The notes under the pieces were generated by a model that was given only the letters and a program-made list of their open reading frames with translations, did no database searches and was not told where the DNA came from. Positions 25,130-39,876 of a stretch of 64,000 nucleotides of DNA are shown here, one piece after another. How positions within the stretch are numbered: the stretch's first letter is position 1; every line of letters starts with the position of its first letter. The position numbers and the translations under genes are program-made. Source of the stretch: Eledone cirrhosa (taxonomy: Eukaryota); NCBI GenBank assembly GCA_964016885.1, contig OZ024745.1, forward strand, positions 122,450,001 to 122,514,000, read 5' to 3'.

Positions 25130-26662
25130 ATATATACCTTTGTTAACTCTGATAGGTTTCGGTCAGTATTAGCCCAGGCCATGTCTAACTTAACAGCACC
25201 ACCTGGCAAAGTCTTTCAAATCAGGATTTCGACACCATGGCCCACACAAGTAGAGAATTATTGTTTATGGAGACATATCCGGGTGTAGGAGGTTTATCCA
25301 GGATTTCTTGAACATTATGGGGTCTTTTTTTGTTTTAATGTGTTTTGGCGTAATGTTATAGAGAGCAGGGCCAATTGAGGTGAAATAATTATGCCGTATT
25401 GTTGTTATGAGTGTGATTTTTGTTGTATTGGGTGTATTTTGAAGATGATGCCAACATTATTTGGGCAATGCTGATGGAATATTTTCCACATCATGTAGAT
25501 GATGTAGTGTTCATGGTGATGTTGGAGTGAGTAAAGTTTGAGTTTTTCTAGTCAACCCCAATAATTAAGGCCGTCTCTTTTTTGTGATTGACCTTTGAGG
25601 AGCTTCAATTTTCATGATACTTTATTTCGTGTGGGGAGACCACAGTGGACAACAGTACTCAAGGTGGGGTCAGGTGCATAAGTGGAGAAGAGAAGGATAA
25701 TAGTGTGGATATCTGTCGACTGGAAGTTCTGAGAACCCAGGAACACATTCTGTGGACCATGTCAACGTTGCTGTTTATATGAGAGGCCCAGCTTATGTTG
25801 TTGCCCACAATTGCTCCCATGTCTCTGATGTTGCTGGATGCCATGAGTGTTTCACCTGAAGGAAGGGAGTATGGGAGTTTCAGGGCATCTTCTTTTCCAA
25901 AGTGGATTAACTCAAATTTATCCTCGTTCAGCAGCATATTGTTGAGCTTCTGGAGCTTGGAATCATCTGCAAAGATTCTTATGTTGCTGTGCTTGGTGAT
26001 GTCAGTAATGTCATTAATGTAGATGATGAAAAGTAGTGGGCCCAACACAGTGCCTTGCTGAAAGCCACTACTGACTTTGGGTGGGCTTGATATTACTCCT
26101 TTGACTACATGTTAGACTCTGTCTTCAGGAAACACTTGATTCATTGCAGTAACTTTCCAGAGACACCAATGTTGGACAGTTTTTTCAATAGAATCTTGTG
26201 ATCAACCCTGTCAAAGGCCTTGCTGAAATCAAGGTAGATGACATCAGTGTTGGAGCCCTCTCCCAAACCTCTCAAAATGTATTCAAAATGATGCAGGAGC
26301 TGCGTTAGGCAGTCCCTTCCGTTACAGAAACCATGTTGGTTTGAGTTCAGCAGTCTGTTGCTTTCAAGAAAGTGAGTTATTCGTGATCTCACCACCCTCT
26401 CAAATACCTTGATGATGATATGAGAGGTGAGTGAGATCAGATGGTAGTTCACTGCAAGGGACTTGTTTCCCTTTTTGAAAACTGGGACCACAGATTGGGA
26501 CAGAAAGTTTTCAGGAATATAGCCAGTGTCCAGTGTCCAGTTCTTCCGCAGATTAGCAAGAGGAGATGCAAGTTGGAGTTGACACACCTTCAGGACACAA
26601 GCAGGGAACCTAGTGGGGCCTACTGCTGAATTGTGTTTAATTTCATTTATTGCCGCTATGAC
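25130..26662 (-). mobile_element. 5'-truncated, decayed CR1/L2-group LINE (RT domain and 3' end)
   Basis: NYHLISLTS, NQHGF, YLDFSKAFDRVDH, GPLLFIIYIND and FADDSKL motifs, with frameshifts. The 5' end abuts a (TA)n tract. Confidence 0.88.
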
Positions 26663-26664
26663 AT

Positions 26665-26665
26665 C

Positions 26666-26697
<32 letters not shown>

Positions 26698-26732
26698 TTA
26701 TATATATATATATGTACATATATATATTATAT

Positions 26733-26794
<62 letters not shown>

Positions 26795-26832
26795 TATATA
26801 CATATATATATCATATCATATATATATAATGT

Positions 26833-26864
<32 letters not shown>

Positions 26865-26887
26865 ATACATATATATATATAATATAA

Positions 26888-26926
<39 letters not shown>

Positions 26927-26943
26927 TATATATAATATATATG

Positions 26944-26986
<43 letters not shown>

Positions 26987-27180
26987 ATATAATATATATA
27001 TATATATAATATATATATATAAACAATGAGTTATTTAATTTGTTGATTATTCAACAAAGTTAATTTAAAACAGATTAGAAGCACTCAACAGTTTTCTTCT
27101 GGAGTATAATATCAATTACTATTGATTTATATATATATATATAATATAATTATATATAATATATATATATATAATATAAT

Positions 27181-27220
<40 letters not shown>

Positions 27221-27252
27221 ATTATATATATATATATATTTAATATATATCA
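26665..27252. repeat. Compound (TA)n/(TAA)n microsatellite field
   Basis: Visible directly in the sequence. Confidence 0.95.
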
Positions 27253-27254
27253 TA

Positions 27255-27590
27255 ATCATTTCATTTTACGTCCGCTTTTCCCTGTTTGCAAGGGTGGGAC
27301 GGGAACTGATTCTGGCTTGATTTCTACAGCTGGATGCCCTTCCTAACACCAACCTCATTTACAGTGAGTGCTGGGTACTTTTTTGCCGTGGCACCTCCAC
27401 GACCACTTTGCAGTGGAATGATAGGGACCCCAGTCCCTATCATCTCATTTCTACAGCTGAGTAAGCTGGGGTAATGTGAAATAAAATGTCTTGCTCAAGG
27501 AAACAACACATCACCCGGTCTGAGAATTGAACTCACAACCTTTCGATTGCAAGGCCAATGCTCTAACCACTAAGCCATGTGCCTCCATTT
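27255..27590 (-). mobile_element. SINE family C, full length
   Basis: Nearly identical to 20814-21149. Confidence 0.88.
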
Positions 27591-27967
27591 AATATATATA
27601 TAATATATATATCTCTATCTATATCTAGGGTGGGTAAAATTCCACAGATCCATGGATGAGTTTTCTCCAGTGGTCTCTGTTTCTCATCATTGCAGCCATG
27701 TCCTGCGTCTCCAAGAGACCAGTGTCTGTCCTTAGGGCATCAACATATGTCAACCTCGGCCTCCCTCTTCTAGTGTAGGGGACATCATCATCATCATTGT
27801 TTAACGTCTATCTTCCACGCTAGCATGGGTTAGACGGGAGTTGTCCCAATTTGAGGCAAGATTGGTTAGATGACCGTTATATATACATATATTATATATA
27901 TATATATATATAATATATATTGTGTTGACATCAGATGTGATGCCAGCTTCGATCTGATATATATTCA

Positions 27968-28004
<37 letters not shown>

Positions 28005-28039
28005 GCTCTAAATAATTTGATTTAATTTTATAATATTAT

Positions 28040-28224
28040 AATAATTGTTTCTACTTTTGGCCAACAATTATCCCAGTGTATTACCGGTACTTTATTTTAT
28101 CGACCCCGTAAGGATGAAAGGGAAAGTTAACCTCGGCGGGATTTGAACTCAGAATGGCAAGGGCTGTAACTCTTTGCTGCAAAGCATGGGGTCAGACCCT
28201 CTACCGATACTGCCATCCACCGCC
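28040..28224 (-). mobile_element. SINE family A
   Basis: Full copy on the minus strand. Confidence 0.85.
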
Positions 28225-28739
28225 ATTCAATCGCCACCGATGAATGTGAGAAAGTTCTCCAAGAAAGTTAACCAGGAATCTTTAAAATTCTTCCCACCGA
28301 AGTTAACAAAGAACTTACTAGATCTACCAACTCATATTATCATAATATTATAAAATTAAATCAAATTATTTAGAACTACAAGTGAATTCATTCGTTTCCT
28401 TTTTTTCAAATATACCTAATGTACCAAGGACATTTTCCATTATATATATATACATACACATACATATATATATATATATATATGCTTATATATGTATACA
28501 TCCACACTGTAAACGTTGTGCATGTTAGGAAGGGCATCCAGCTGTAAAATACCCAGCCAAATTTACAGTCTTTGCTGGAGCAAAGTGCGACACATGCCCA
28601 ACCCTGGCCAATTTTGCCTCTCGGCATGGATGAACCATCTAACCCGTGCAAGCATGGAAAAATCGACATTAAACGGAAATGATGATGATGCTATATATAT
28701 ATAAATATATTAAAGCGTTTTTTAAAATATTGACTTATC

Positions 28740-29560
28740 ATCATTAATTTGTCTGCATTTCCATGCTTGCATAGCTTTTGCATGTCCTTTTCAGTGCAGC
28801 ATCTCTCCATTCATAGAAATCCTTTGTCATCTACTGTGAGCTTCATCAATTTGAGATCAGCTCTCCCTTTCAGATCTTCCTTGGTCTTCCTCTACTGCAG
28901 CTTCTTTCCCCTGAGATATCTTTGCACTTCTTCGCCCAGCGATCATCATCCATGCACATCACATATTAATACCAATGCCGTCTCCTATACTGCACACATC
29001 TAATTCCTTTTATACTCTGATTCTCTCTCATTTTATCTTTGTGTTGTCATACAGCATTGCATATCATACACAGGCATTATACAGCCAACCTTTCATTCAT
29101 AGAGAAAAACCTTATGTCATTAGCACTTTAATCATGTGTCAGATATGACAACACCTTATCACCCACCTCCACCTCTAATTATATCACTTAGAGGGCAGAA
29201 GCTGTCAACCTCTTCTATGGATCCTACCTGTGATTGTAAGAGGCCTATATTACTGACACTTCACTCTTACTATCAATTTTCCCTGAGCATCTATTACATA
29301 TAAAGACTTCCTTTCCTGTTAGGATGCCTGCTACACCTCTTGCATACCCAAGATTTGCATATCGAGCAAGGCCATTTGATGGGACCAGGGCCTTGCCTTC
29401 TTTATTACATATTAATACTTTTGTTTTTTCTAAGTTTACTCTCAGCTCATTTAATCCTGAATTCTGTTTTCACAGTCTGAATTTGTTCTCAAGTTGTCCC
29501 ACAGATTCAGCTATAAGAACCAGATCATCAGCATACAGAAGTTCCCTTGGGCAGTCTTAT
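28740..29560 (-). mobile_element. Decayed RTE LINE 3' part
   Basis: Minus-strand CPRELLYADDLVLIAES..LRVNLEKTKVL. Confidence 0.75.
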
Positions 29561-30807
29561 GGTATCTATATTCATATTACATCAGGTGGATATTATGACA
29601 TACTTTTCACATAAATAGTTCAATGTTGATTCATCTAAATCTTTGATTATAGATAACGCTACATTAGGGAATGAAAGGGTTTGAAATATGAGAACGTCGG
29701 TGAACATTTATTTAGACTTCTTTTCTTAATCAACATTTCTGGAAATATTTGATCTAGGTGATTTCTCATATCAATTGCAAAAGTTGTTCAAACCACATTT
29801 TACATCTATCTGACAAAGAAATACTATTTAATTTGGTATAATAAGATCTAGTAACATATAGTTGCAAATCTTATATTTTATTGTCAGAAGAATCATCCGT
29901 CCATTCATGTATTCTGAACTTCTGCTAAATTTGTAAGATCACCAGCATGGCATTTAAACCTGGTTGAGTCCATCTCTCTCTATGTCTGAAAATAGCCAGT
30001 TTCTTTCAGAAAGGAAGGTTTGATGCCAGTAATGGACTGGAAATTTATTTAACCTCAATCAAAAGGATGAAGGAGAAATTTGATCTTCATGTAGTCTGAA
30101 ATTGATGTTCAGAGCTAGAATGAATAACTGCAAAGAATTCTATTCAATATTCTAACAACTTTGCCAATTTGATGTCTTCTGTCAAAAGAATAAGTATCTG
30201 GTAGTCACTTACCATATAGCCCTGCTCACTCTATAATTCTTTGATCAGAAGACTATTTGTAATGCAAACATACTATGGTTCCATACTTTTCAGTCATACA
30301 CTATACATTGTATATTTTTATACTGACATGGATTGCCTGAGACTTTATTGAGGCAGCATTCTATGGTTGAATACTGTTCTGGTCACCAACTCCTTGTTTT
30401 CTTTTAAAGTAAGGTACTGATTTTATCACATCAAATCTCTGAGCTACAGAAATTATATCATTTACACACATATGCATGCATATATATATATATATATGCA
30501 CACACATAAAATAGAGGTAATAATAATAATATTATTAATAATTGGAGAATTAAAACTGCTTTACCGGAGGGTTAAAAACTCAATGCAATGGAGTTCACAC
30601 AGAACTGCTATATATTAATTTCAAAAACACCGGAGATTAAAGACATTGTCAAACTGCCTTGAAGTTTCAGTGTTTTTGAAATTAATATATATATATATTT
30701 ATGTAATAAACAACACAATACAATTATCCATTACCCAACGTTTCATGGATATAAGATATGAAATTAAAATCATAGATTTTAATTTCATATCTTATATCCA
30801 AATAAAG

Positions 30808-30880
30808 ATTCCTTCTGATGAGCGATATCAGATATTTGTATTAGAATCGTCTAACTTCGTGAAACCTTAGGTAATGGAAT
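30808..30880 (+). ncRNA. Type I hammerhead ribozyme, intact core
   Basis: AUUCCUU-CUGAUGA-GCGA..UCGU-GAAA-CC(UUA)GG-UA-AUGGAAU: stem I 6/7 pairs, GUA triplet. Confidence 0.7.
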
Positions 30881-30997
30881 AATTATATTGTGTTGTTTAT
30901 TACATAATTAAATAGCTCTGTACTTTATATAGAGCACTCTTTTTTCTTTTACCTTTTCCACAGAAATATTTAGCTCATATATATATATATATATATA

Positions 30998-31295
30998 TAA
31001 TTGTTTCTACTTTTGGCACAAGGCCAGCAATTACCAGTACATTACTGGTACTTTATTTTATCGACCCCTTAAGGATGAAAGGCAAAGTTAACCTCGACGG
31101 GATTTGAACTCAAACCGTAAAGGGACGTAACTATGCTAGAAAGCATGGCGTCCAACCCTCTATACAGTTTCTGTCTAACAAATTCACTCATGAGGCGTTG
31201 GTTGACTTGTATTAGAAGATGTTTCTCCAAGTTGCTACATGGTGGAATAAAGCCCAAAATCATGTAACTATAAAACAAACTTCATTGCCATGTGG
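30998..31295 (-). mobile_element. SINE family A abutting a SINE family B copy
   Basis: Family A at 30998-31162, then cagtttctgtctaacaaattcactca.. (family B). Confidence 0.75.
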
Positions 31296-32159
31296 CCAGG
31301 ATGGGCCATCACCTTAATCATATATATCGACCCCAATACTTCTATTCTCAGGTCTGGTATTTATTTTATTGATTACATTTTGTCAAACCACTAAGTTATG
31401 GGACATAAACACTAACAAGGACATGAATACACAAATGTACGTCAATACCCATCTTTTCCCATTTCTTAGAGGGTTAATAACCCCACTTTCAGGCTAAAAC
31501 TTCTTCAGTCAAAAATACTGCAAAAGCTTCTATTTCTAATTTCAAACTCGCTCGCTGTTTCAAAAACGAACTTACTTGACAAATATATATATATATATAT
31601 ATTTATATACACTCGACGGGCTTCTGCGGTTTCCATCTACCAAATTTCATTCACAACGGTCAATTGGTCAACACAAAGCTATAATAGAAAATACATGCCT
31701 AAGATACGAAACAGTGGGAATGAACCGAAAACCACATGGTTGCAAAGTAAACTCCTGAACCACATAGTCATAGAAATTTAATACCTAAAACAATAGGTAA
31801 TAAATAATTTTAAAAAAAATAAAGGAAAACGAGGAAAGAAAGGATTTTTGTTTTTGCCTTTTTTTTTTCTGTATCATTCGTAAACAAAACAACAGATAAA
31901 TAAAGTGTAAAAGAAATCTGCTGAATATGTTTGTTGCAGTGGTACAAGTTGTAACATAACAAATATTTGAAAATAGTTCACAGACAGTACAGAAATAGTT
32001 GCAGCAACAGTGGCAGGTTTGGATTTATAAGCAACAATTTAAATAGATTTCAAAAAATGTTTTCTAGAAAATAAATTTTATCAACAAAGTTTAGAAAACT
32101 CCCATCCCACTTTCTTTCAGAAAAAGATTTTAAAGATTTTTTAATTAAAGTAATTCTCT

Positions 32160-32164
32160 TCTTA

Positions 32165-32235
<71 letters not shown>

Positions 32236-32564
32236 ATATATATATATGTATATTATATATAAATATATAATATATTTATATATATATATAAAATATCTAT
32301 ATATGTATATATATAATACATGTATATATAATATATGTATATATAATATATATATATTATATGTATATATATATATGTATATATAATATATATATATTAT
32401 ATGTATATATAATATATATATATTTTTATACATGTATATGTATATAATAAATATATATTATATTCATATATATTACATTTATATATATATAATATACATA
32501 TATATATTATGTATTATATATATATAATATACATATTATGTATATATATAATAAATATATATTA

Positions 32565-32607
<43 letters not shown>

Positions 32608-32771
32608 CATATATATATTTTATCATATTTATATATATATTATATTATATATATTATATCTACATATTTATATATATATATATATATATATTATATTATA
32701 TTATATATATATAATATATCTACATATTTATATATATATATTAAATATTATACTTATATATATATTATATG

Positions 32772-32833
<62 letters not shown>

Positions 32834-32972
32834 TATATTATGTTTATATATATATAAATTATATATTTATATATATAAATTATATTATATTTATATATAT
32901 AATATACATATATAAATTACATTATATTTATATATATATTATATGTATATGTAATGTATATATATATGTATA

Positions 32973-33055
<83 letters not shown>

Positions 33056-33405
33056 CGTATATATGTATATATTATATATATATATATTATATATATACAT
33101 ATATATATGTATGTATATTAAATTGTAAAGAAAAAACATGCCTAGGATATTTCTGAAATAATCTTGTTACTGTAAGGTTTTGAAATAAGTAAAATAAAAT
33201 TTGAGTTAAAAAGGATACTAATGATAAAATAACTTGGATAATTGTAAAAGAAAAAAAACATTCCCTGACAAAATTTGTAGAAACGTTATATAGCTCGATA
33301 CAACCTCTGAAATTTGGCTACTTGGAAGAAAGTTTGAAAAATGTAAGTGTTAATGCTTTATTTTGTATGTGTATATTGTATATATGTGTGTATACATACA
33401 TACAT

Positions 33406-33440
<35 letters not shown>

Positions 33441-33633
33441 CGTGTATATATATATATATATATGAATACATATGAATACATAAATGTTTATATATATATA
33501 AATATATACATATATGTGTATAAATACATATATGTATGAATACATATACGTGTATATATATGAATACATATATGTGTTTATATATATATACATACATATA
33601 TATGTGTATATATATATATGATATATATATATA
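32160..33633. repeat. ~1.4-kb compound (TA)n/(CATA)n microsatellite field
   Basis: Visible directly in the sequence. Confidence 0.95.
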
Positions 33634-34125
33634 AAGTTTTTCGTGTGAATGATTATTATAATTAAGGAAAGGAAAAATCTCTAATGATTTGAAGTCATTA
33701 GTTCTAGGAATATTATCAACAAATCATATAATTTGATTGATTAAGTTTAACGTTTAAAGATTTATTTATTACTCTATCATGTTTCTAATTTATTACCTTA
33801 CACCTTTTGATGACCCTTTAGTATTTAATTATTTTCATCTCATTAGTGATAGACATAGCTAAAAATAATTTTATCTTCATGTTTTTCTCCCTGCAAAGTA
33901 ACTCTATAGCCACTTTTTGTTGTCTTGTCTTGTCTTTTTCTCTCTTACTTATTTCCTACACCATATATTTATAAGCATCCCTCTTGAATAGCAAATAAAT
34001 TTGTTGAATAAACCAACTGATCCTAAGAGATTAAAATTCAGTGGAAGATATAGCGGGGAGGGGTATTATATTACAACAAAGATAGAGAAAATAGTGTTAT
34101 AGATAGAATATATAGATTGAAAAAT

Positions 34126-34156
<31 letters not shown>

Positions 34157-34469
34157 CTTAATTCTAATTCCCAGTTTGAAATTAAAATGATATCCTTAGT
34201 TAGATTAATAAACACTATCTATTATCCAAGTTGTCATTTATCTTAGGAGATATTTCCATCCTTATTAATCAACTTCATTTGTTATCTCCACTTATCTCAG
34301 CAATCTCTATTTGTGCTTTAATATTAATATAAAAGAACAGCAACTTTAATTTAAATATATATATATTTATATATTAATATATATATTATCATAGGTGGCT
34401 GTCTCTCTCTCTACTTTTGAAATGCTTTAAAAATAAAAAGGTAGAGAGGATTCTTCAGCCGTATGAAGG

Positions 34470-34965
34470 GTATGACAACTTCCCTAATGCTGGCACCATG
34501 ATAAAATGCCCTCACTTATAGCCTGTAAAGTAGTTTGTGTTAGGAAGGGCATCCAATCATAGAAACCATGCCAAAAACTGGTAGCAAGGACTCTTTAATC
34601 ATGTGAAAGACATGAGAAACTCTTAGCGTTGATGCCACAATAAAATGCACTTGGTATACTCTATAAAATGGTTAGCATTATGAAAGGCATCCAGCCAGAG
34701 AAACCATGTCAGAAGTGCCATAAGGGCACCTTATTTATGTCAAGGATATGACAACCTTCCTAATGCTGATGCCACAATAAAATGTACCCAGTACATTCTG
34801 TAATGTGGTTGGCATTAGGAAAGGCATAAAGCTATAGAAACCATGCAAAAAAGTAATGTATGTAAGTGGGACATAGTCCCCCCAATAACCATCTAGATAA
34901 ACAATAGCTCCAACAACCTATCCAACCCAAGCCAGCATTAATACGCAGGCATAAAATGATGATAA
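34470..34965 (+). repeat. Three tandem SINE-body modules ending in an RTE-type (GAT)n tail (related pieces at 2915-3325, 55715-55910, 60860-61000)
   Basis: Repeated tgctggtgccacaataaaatgcacc..gtaaagtggttggc.ttaggaagggcatccagc.tagaaaccatgcc. Confidence 0.7.
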
Positions 34966-37937
34966 TGAAACATAAAACAAATGTAAAAAATAAAAGAATT
35001 CAAAATTCTCTCAATGCATTGAATTATAAGTTAAAACTTTTTGTTCTACTCAAATAAGGAAAATAATTAGTGAAAGGAAACTAATGATGGTCTGTGCTGG
35101 CAAAAAAGTTAAATTTATAAAATAGGATTTTACAAATTCATTCTGGGATCAATAAAATAAAGTACAAGTCAAGTACTGTGGTTGATTTAATCAACTAATC
35201 CTCTTCCCAAAATTCTGGCCACGTGTCTATCATAGAAACAATTATTATCCTTATTATTATTATTATTATTATTATATCTCCATCTAAAATAAAATTACTA
35301 CAATAATTAATTTAGTGATTTATAGATTTTTGAATGTTGCTAATTAACGTAGAGAACAATTAAAATTAATTTTTCATAAGAGAATAGCTTGAACAAGGAC
35401 AATTTTCTTTCAAGAATAAGTTGCCAATTTGATATAGTTTTCTAAAATATAAATCTATTTCCATTAAATGTCTTTCTTAAACATTTTGTTAAAAATAAAT
35501 ATTTTGATTCCATTTTATAAGAAAATTGGTGAGAACCTCAGAAGTGTGGTAATGTATGAATGGGCCCAATCCTTGATCCTGCTTATATTCCTGATCAGAA
35601 ACTACTATACTTTACCTACATTCTTTGGAAAACATTGAAAATCAGAAAGATTTCATGTATATAATAAACATGGCGGTGCCTCAGCCTGTCGGCTGGAACA
35701 TATAATAGAGTATGACTCAAGACTCGAATTTGGAATGGGATGTACTTTGACTTTGCCAGATTAATTTTGCCTTTCATGTATTACACGAAGAGGAAGTTCT
35801 GTAAACACCTGTGGCCCAATGACTTACTAAAGAAAAGACAAACTGGTAGTCTTAAAAGATTAGGAAGACTCATTTCCCTTTCATCAGTGTAAACTGCAAT
35901 CTTGGAGAAACCTGTATAAATATTCTGTTCCAAATGATAACAATATGTGGTTAAATAATGAGAAAGCTTAACTTCTATACACATTAGTTCAGCTTGGTAG
36001 GTAATTAGGCTATATAAAAGATCTGTGTGGTGAAACCCAATTGGAGAATTCATCTCATCTGTTGTAACTATATACCATCAGTGGATTGGCCTGAGATTTG
36101 TAAAAAATAAAAATATACTCAAGACAGTGTTAAAACTCTTGTTCTGGGTAGGAAGACTACAGTAAAATATGTTGAAAAAAAACTATACTAAAGATTTAGC
36201 TAAAGAAATTGAATTCAATTTTGAGATTAGCAAAAATGGGAAGTTTAAAAAAAAATAAATGTACAATAGATAACTATCATAATTGATTTAAAGTAAATAA
36301 AATAATGGGAATCCTGTTTGAAGTCTCATTTAAAGAAGAAATTTAAGTAAAGTGTGTGTGAGATATTTTCCAATTTAAGCAGGTACATAAGGTTTGCAAA
36401 AAATGTTGGAGAATAAATTAAAGTGCAATCAACAGCAAAAGATTGAATGGTTCTCTGGTAGAAAAGATTATTGAAGAAAACCTTTTGTTGAGTGCTGAGA
36501 GTTAAGGAGCTACTACATTGATCGCATAATATTCAGACACATCTCTACTATTATGGGGTGATTAAAAAGGAAATTAACCAGCTAATCTGTAAATTGAGGG
36601 GGAAATTCTTATCAGAAACTTCTCTGTCAGCTGTAACAAAATCCTTACTAGTGTTAGATATAATATAATTTCAGCTCTATGATTATAATTGTTTCCCAGT
36701 AATGTAAGATAAAATAATTAATTGGCCTGTTAGAAAAAAAAGTAATACTGATGATCAGTAAGAATCTAGATTCATCAATTTATAGAAATTTTCCACAACA
36801 AAAAAAAATCTTAGTTTACAAGTGTCAACAATCATATTCACATTTTTGTATGCAGCATAGAAATAGTTAACATTTTTCTACTGTATTTTTTATACTTCTC
36901 GATTTGAATTTTATGTGTTTATATTTGAGAAGATAATAGGATTTTGTTTTTCAATTCTTTCAATACAGTAGTTAAGTATTTATTAAAATATTTTTAAAGA
37001 TATGATTTTATCTTCTTGAAACATATAAACAGTTGCAGACATACATTGTTGCTGCATATTTTTTTAGATACCTTCTTTCTCTTATAATATTTGTTTCTTT
37101 TGTGGAATGTATTGGTTTCTTTTGTCTTTCCCTTATAGCATTAATTTTGAGATTGAAATCTGACATGTCATTGATTCCTTAAATGCCACCATATACTCCT
37201 GGTATGGAATAATTATTTCTGACCTTTTTTTTTTGTTAATCTATAACATTTAGCTGCTTCAAAAATGAATGCAGTCTTGCAATTATATGAAATAATTATC
37301 ATCATCTTCCTAAATATTTATATTACATAAGTTGTAATATAAATTAATAATATTCATCTTTACTAAATCATTTACTAGATAAGTTAACTGATACCACCGC
37401 GAAAATGACTTTGCTGTTCTCCTTCGTCAGCAATTATTATATTGAAACATTTGATTTTTCTCCAGTTTGTTTTCTAATAATATTCTATTTGATGATGCTC
37501 AATAGCAAACAATATATCATTTTCTAGACAGGATAAACAAGCCTATTATGCTTCACATATTCTAACCATTGCTTCAGTTAGATGAATGTGAAACAATAAT
37601 TAGCCATAAGGAAGGAATTATTCTATACAATCTGTTATTGTTTCTACTTTTGCTGCTGAAGATGATATCAAAGTTCCAACAGTAAAATACATATTCCACA
37701 TATTTTACTTATCCAGCAGTGGAAAGTTCAGCATACCGGAGTCACACAGATAGTTGGGATACTATGTTTAATGACTTTTATTTCAATTACTTTTATTTTT
37801 TTCCTTTATCTTTGTATGGAAAAAACAACAACAACAATAATTATTAATAATCCTTTTTTGTTTTTCAAAAGGGTAACTTTTGATCATCATCCACAGTCAT
37901 TGTTTTAGTGTCATTTCCTTTGATATACATGTGGAAT

Positions 37938-38025
37938 TACATACATACAAACACATATATACATCAAATATTTATATGTGTGTATGTCAATATATATATA
38001 CACAAACACCACACACACACACGCG

Positions 38026-38056
<31 letters not shown>

Positions 38057-38073
38057 GTATATGTATATATATG

Positions 38074-38110
<37 letters not shown>

Positions 38111-38308
38111 GTATATACATGAGTATGCATATATATGTATGTATATATGTGTTTGTATATTCATATATGTATGTGTACGTATATGAAGTTTTATTCAATG
38201 TGCATACACAATGTATGTACATACATATACAGATACACACGTAGATATATGTACACACACATACAGATATATGCAGAAATACACATACATTTGTATAAAT
38301 GCATATAT
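37938..38308. repeat. (CA)n/(TA)n/(TATG)n field at the start of the RasGRF 3'UTR
   Basis: Visible directly in the sequence. Confidence 0.9.
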
Positions 38309-38420
38309 CAAGAAAGATTTCCAAATTTCACCAATCATTCATATGGTACCACCATGAAGTGCAAGTAATCTCTGGTGGAGTGTATGTTTTGCTTTGTCTT
38401 TCACAACCATGAAATTATTT

Positions 38421-38537
38421 TCAAGGGTCTATAATAGGTACTGACAACCGTGATTGTTTGGGTTCGATTTCCAATGATGCTCTATAAGCTTCTTCATCTG
38501 TCATAAGTCTGCTGGGATCCAATAGATAGTTGGTTAC
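38421..38537 (-). CDS. RASGRF1: RasGRF terminal coding exon
   Basis: ttcag acceptor, 117 nt. VTNYLLDPSRLMTDEEAYRASLEIEPKQSRLSVPIIDP*, with the typical SLxIEP end of CDC25 domains. Confidence 0.93.
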   Translation of the reverse strand, partial: VTNYLLDPSRLMTDEEAYRASLEIEPKQSRLSVPIIDP

Positions 38538-39753
38538 CTGAAAAATACAAAATTTTATTATAGCAAAATGTTGTCAACCATATTAGGAAAAAGGGATGTA
38601 GCTGATTGTCAGATGGGACTAATGGAAACTAGTTTACATCGGTCATTCTATTGATATTATTTGCTACTTGCAATTCCTGGCAGAAGTATCACCACTTTTA
38701 CAGTAAGAAGAGGCAGGATTTGAACTCAGAACAGCCAGAGCTAGAACAGATACTGCAAAGCTCTTTACAAATTTCGTTAATCCACAACCCTTGGATAAGT
38801 ACATCATTTATTGACATTAAAAGGACAAATTGACCTCAGTGGAATTTGAACCAGAATGCAGAGGGCCAGAATAAATACAATTAGATATCTTATCCAGTTC
38901 TCGACTAATTCTGCCAATTTGCCACCTACAAAATAATTGTTTCTACTGTTGGCACAAGGCCAGCAATTACCCCAGTGCATTACTGGTACTTTATTTTAGC
39001 GATCCCATAAGGATGAAAGGCAAAGCTGTCAACTGGTGTCCTAAAAAGGCACATTAAAGTGCTTAATAAGCCTCAAGCAGCATATAATTTCATGTTGAAA
39101 ATGTTGTAAACCTGCCAATTCTATGCAAAACACTTGCTGGTCTAAAAAGCCATATTTGCTCACAGAGTGGATATATGTATGAATGTATGTATCATAGGAC
39201 ACCATTTTGGCAATTTTAAATCTTGGAGAGCCCATACCCTCTCCAGACTAGAATACAGCTGATTTCTTCCAGAAATGGAGAGATAGAAAGAGGTATAGAG
39301 ATCGAATAAATCTAAGTATTTGATTGGTCCTTTTTTTTATTGACATCAAAAGAAGAAAAGCAAACTTCTTTTACATCAATACTTTACTCAATAGGAGTTA
39401 TGGGCCTTTAAATTAAATGGTTTTTACATTGAAACATTCATTTCAAAAACAGCGATGAACTGGACTCCACCTGGCAGCAAATGGAAGCGGGTTTGCCACA
39501 GGATCACCTGGTGATAACATTCCAAAAAGACCTGATGGCACGGACATGAAAAAGCTGCCGCTGATTGTGACCATTGGCGAGTACTTACTGCTCGATGCGC
39601 CGATTGACGCGGAAGAACCCAAGACTAAGATATATATATTAGAATATATTGAAAATACCATAGTTTATATAACATTCAAACATCAACTGAATGAACATTC
39701 AGTACAATATATATATATATGTATAAAAGACTTTGGAATTGGTTATTTCTTAC

Positions 39754-39822
39754 TCTTGGATGATGTTCAATTCTATATGGTGTTTGTTGAAATACTTGTA
39801 TTTCTCTAATGACGTGAGCAAT
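39754..39822 (-). CDS. RASGRF1: RasGRF exon (CDC25 domain)
   Basis: ttcag/gtaaga, 69 nt phase 0-0. IAHVIREIQVFQQTPYRIEHHPR. Confidence 0.94.
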
Positions 39823-39839
39823 CTGAAATAATAATGATG

Positions 39840-39876
<37 letters not shown>

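Noticed and set aside
31460-31520. Minus-strand CUGAAGA..GAAA hammerhead-like motif
   Set aside because: Stem III is plausible, but stem I does not pair and stem II is only 2 bp. At best a heavily decayed copy.
31770-32160. Poly(A) site of the RasGRF transcript
   Set aside because: The sequence looks UTR-like, but no single convincing signal can be chosen in such AT-rich DNA.
23933-38368. Many IYIY/YIHT-rich ORFs in the ORF track
   Set aside because: They are translations of (TA)n/(CA)n microsatellites.
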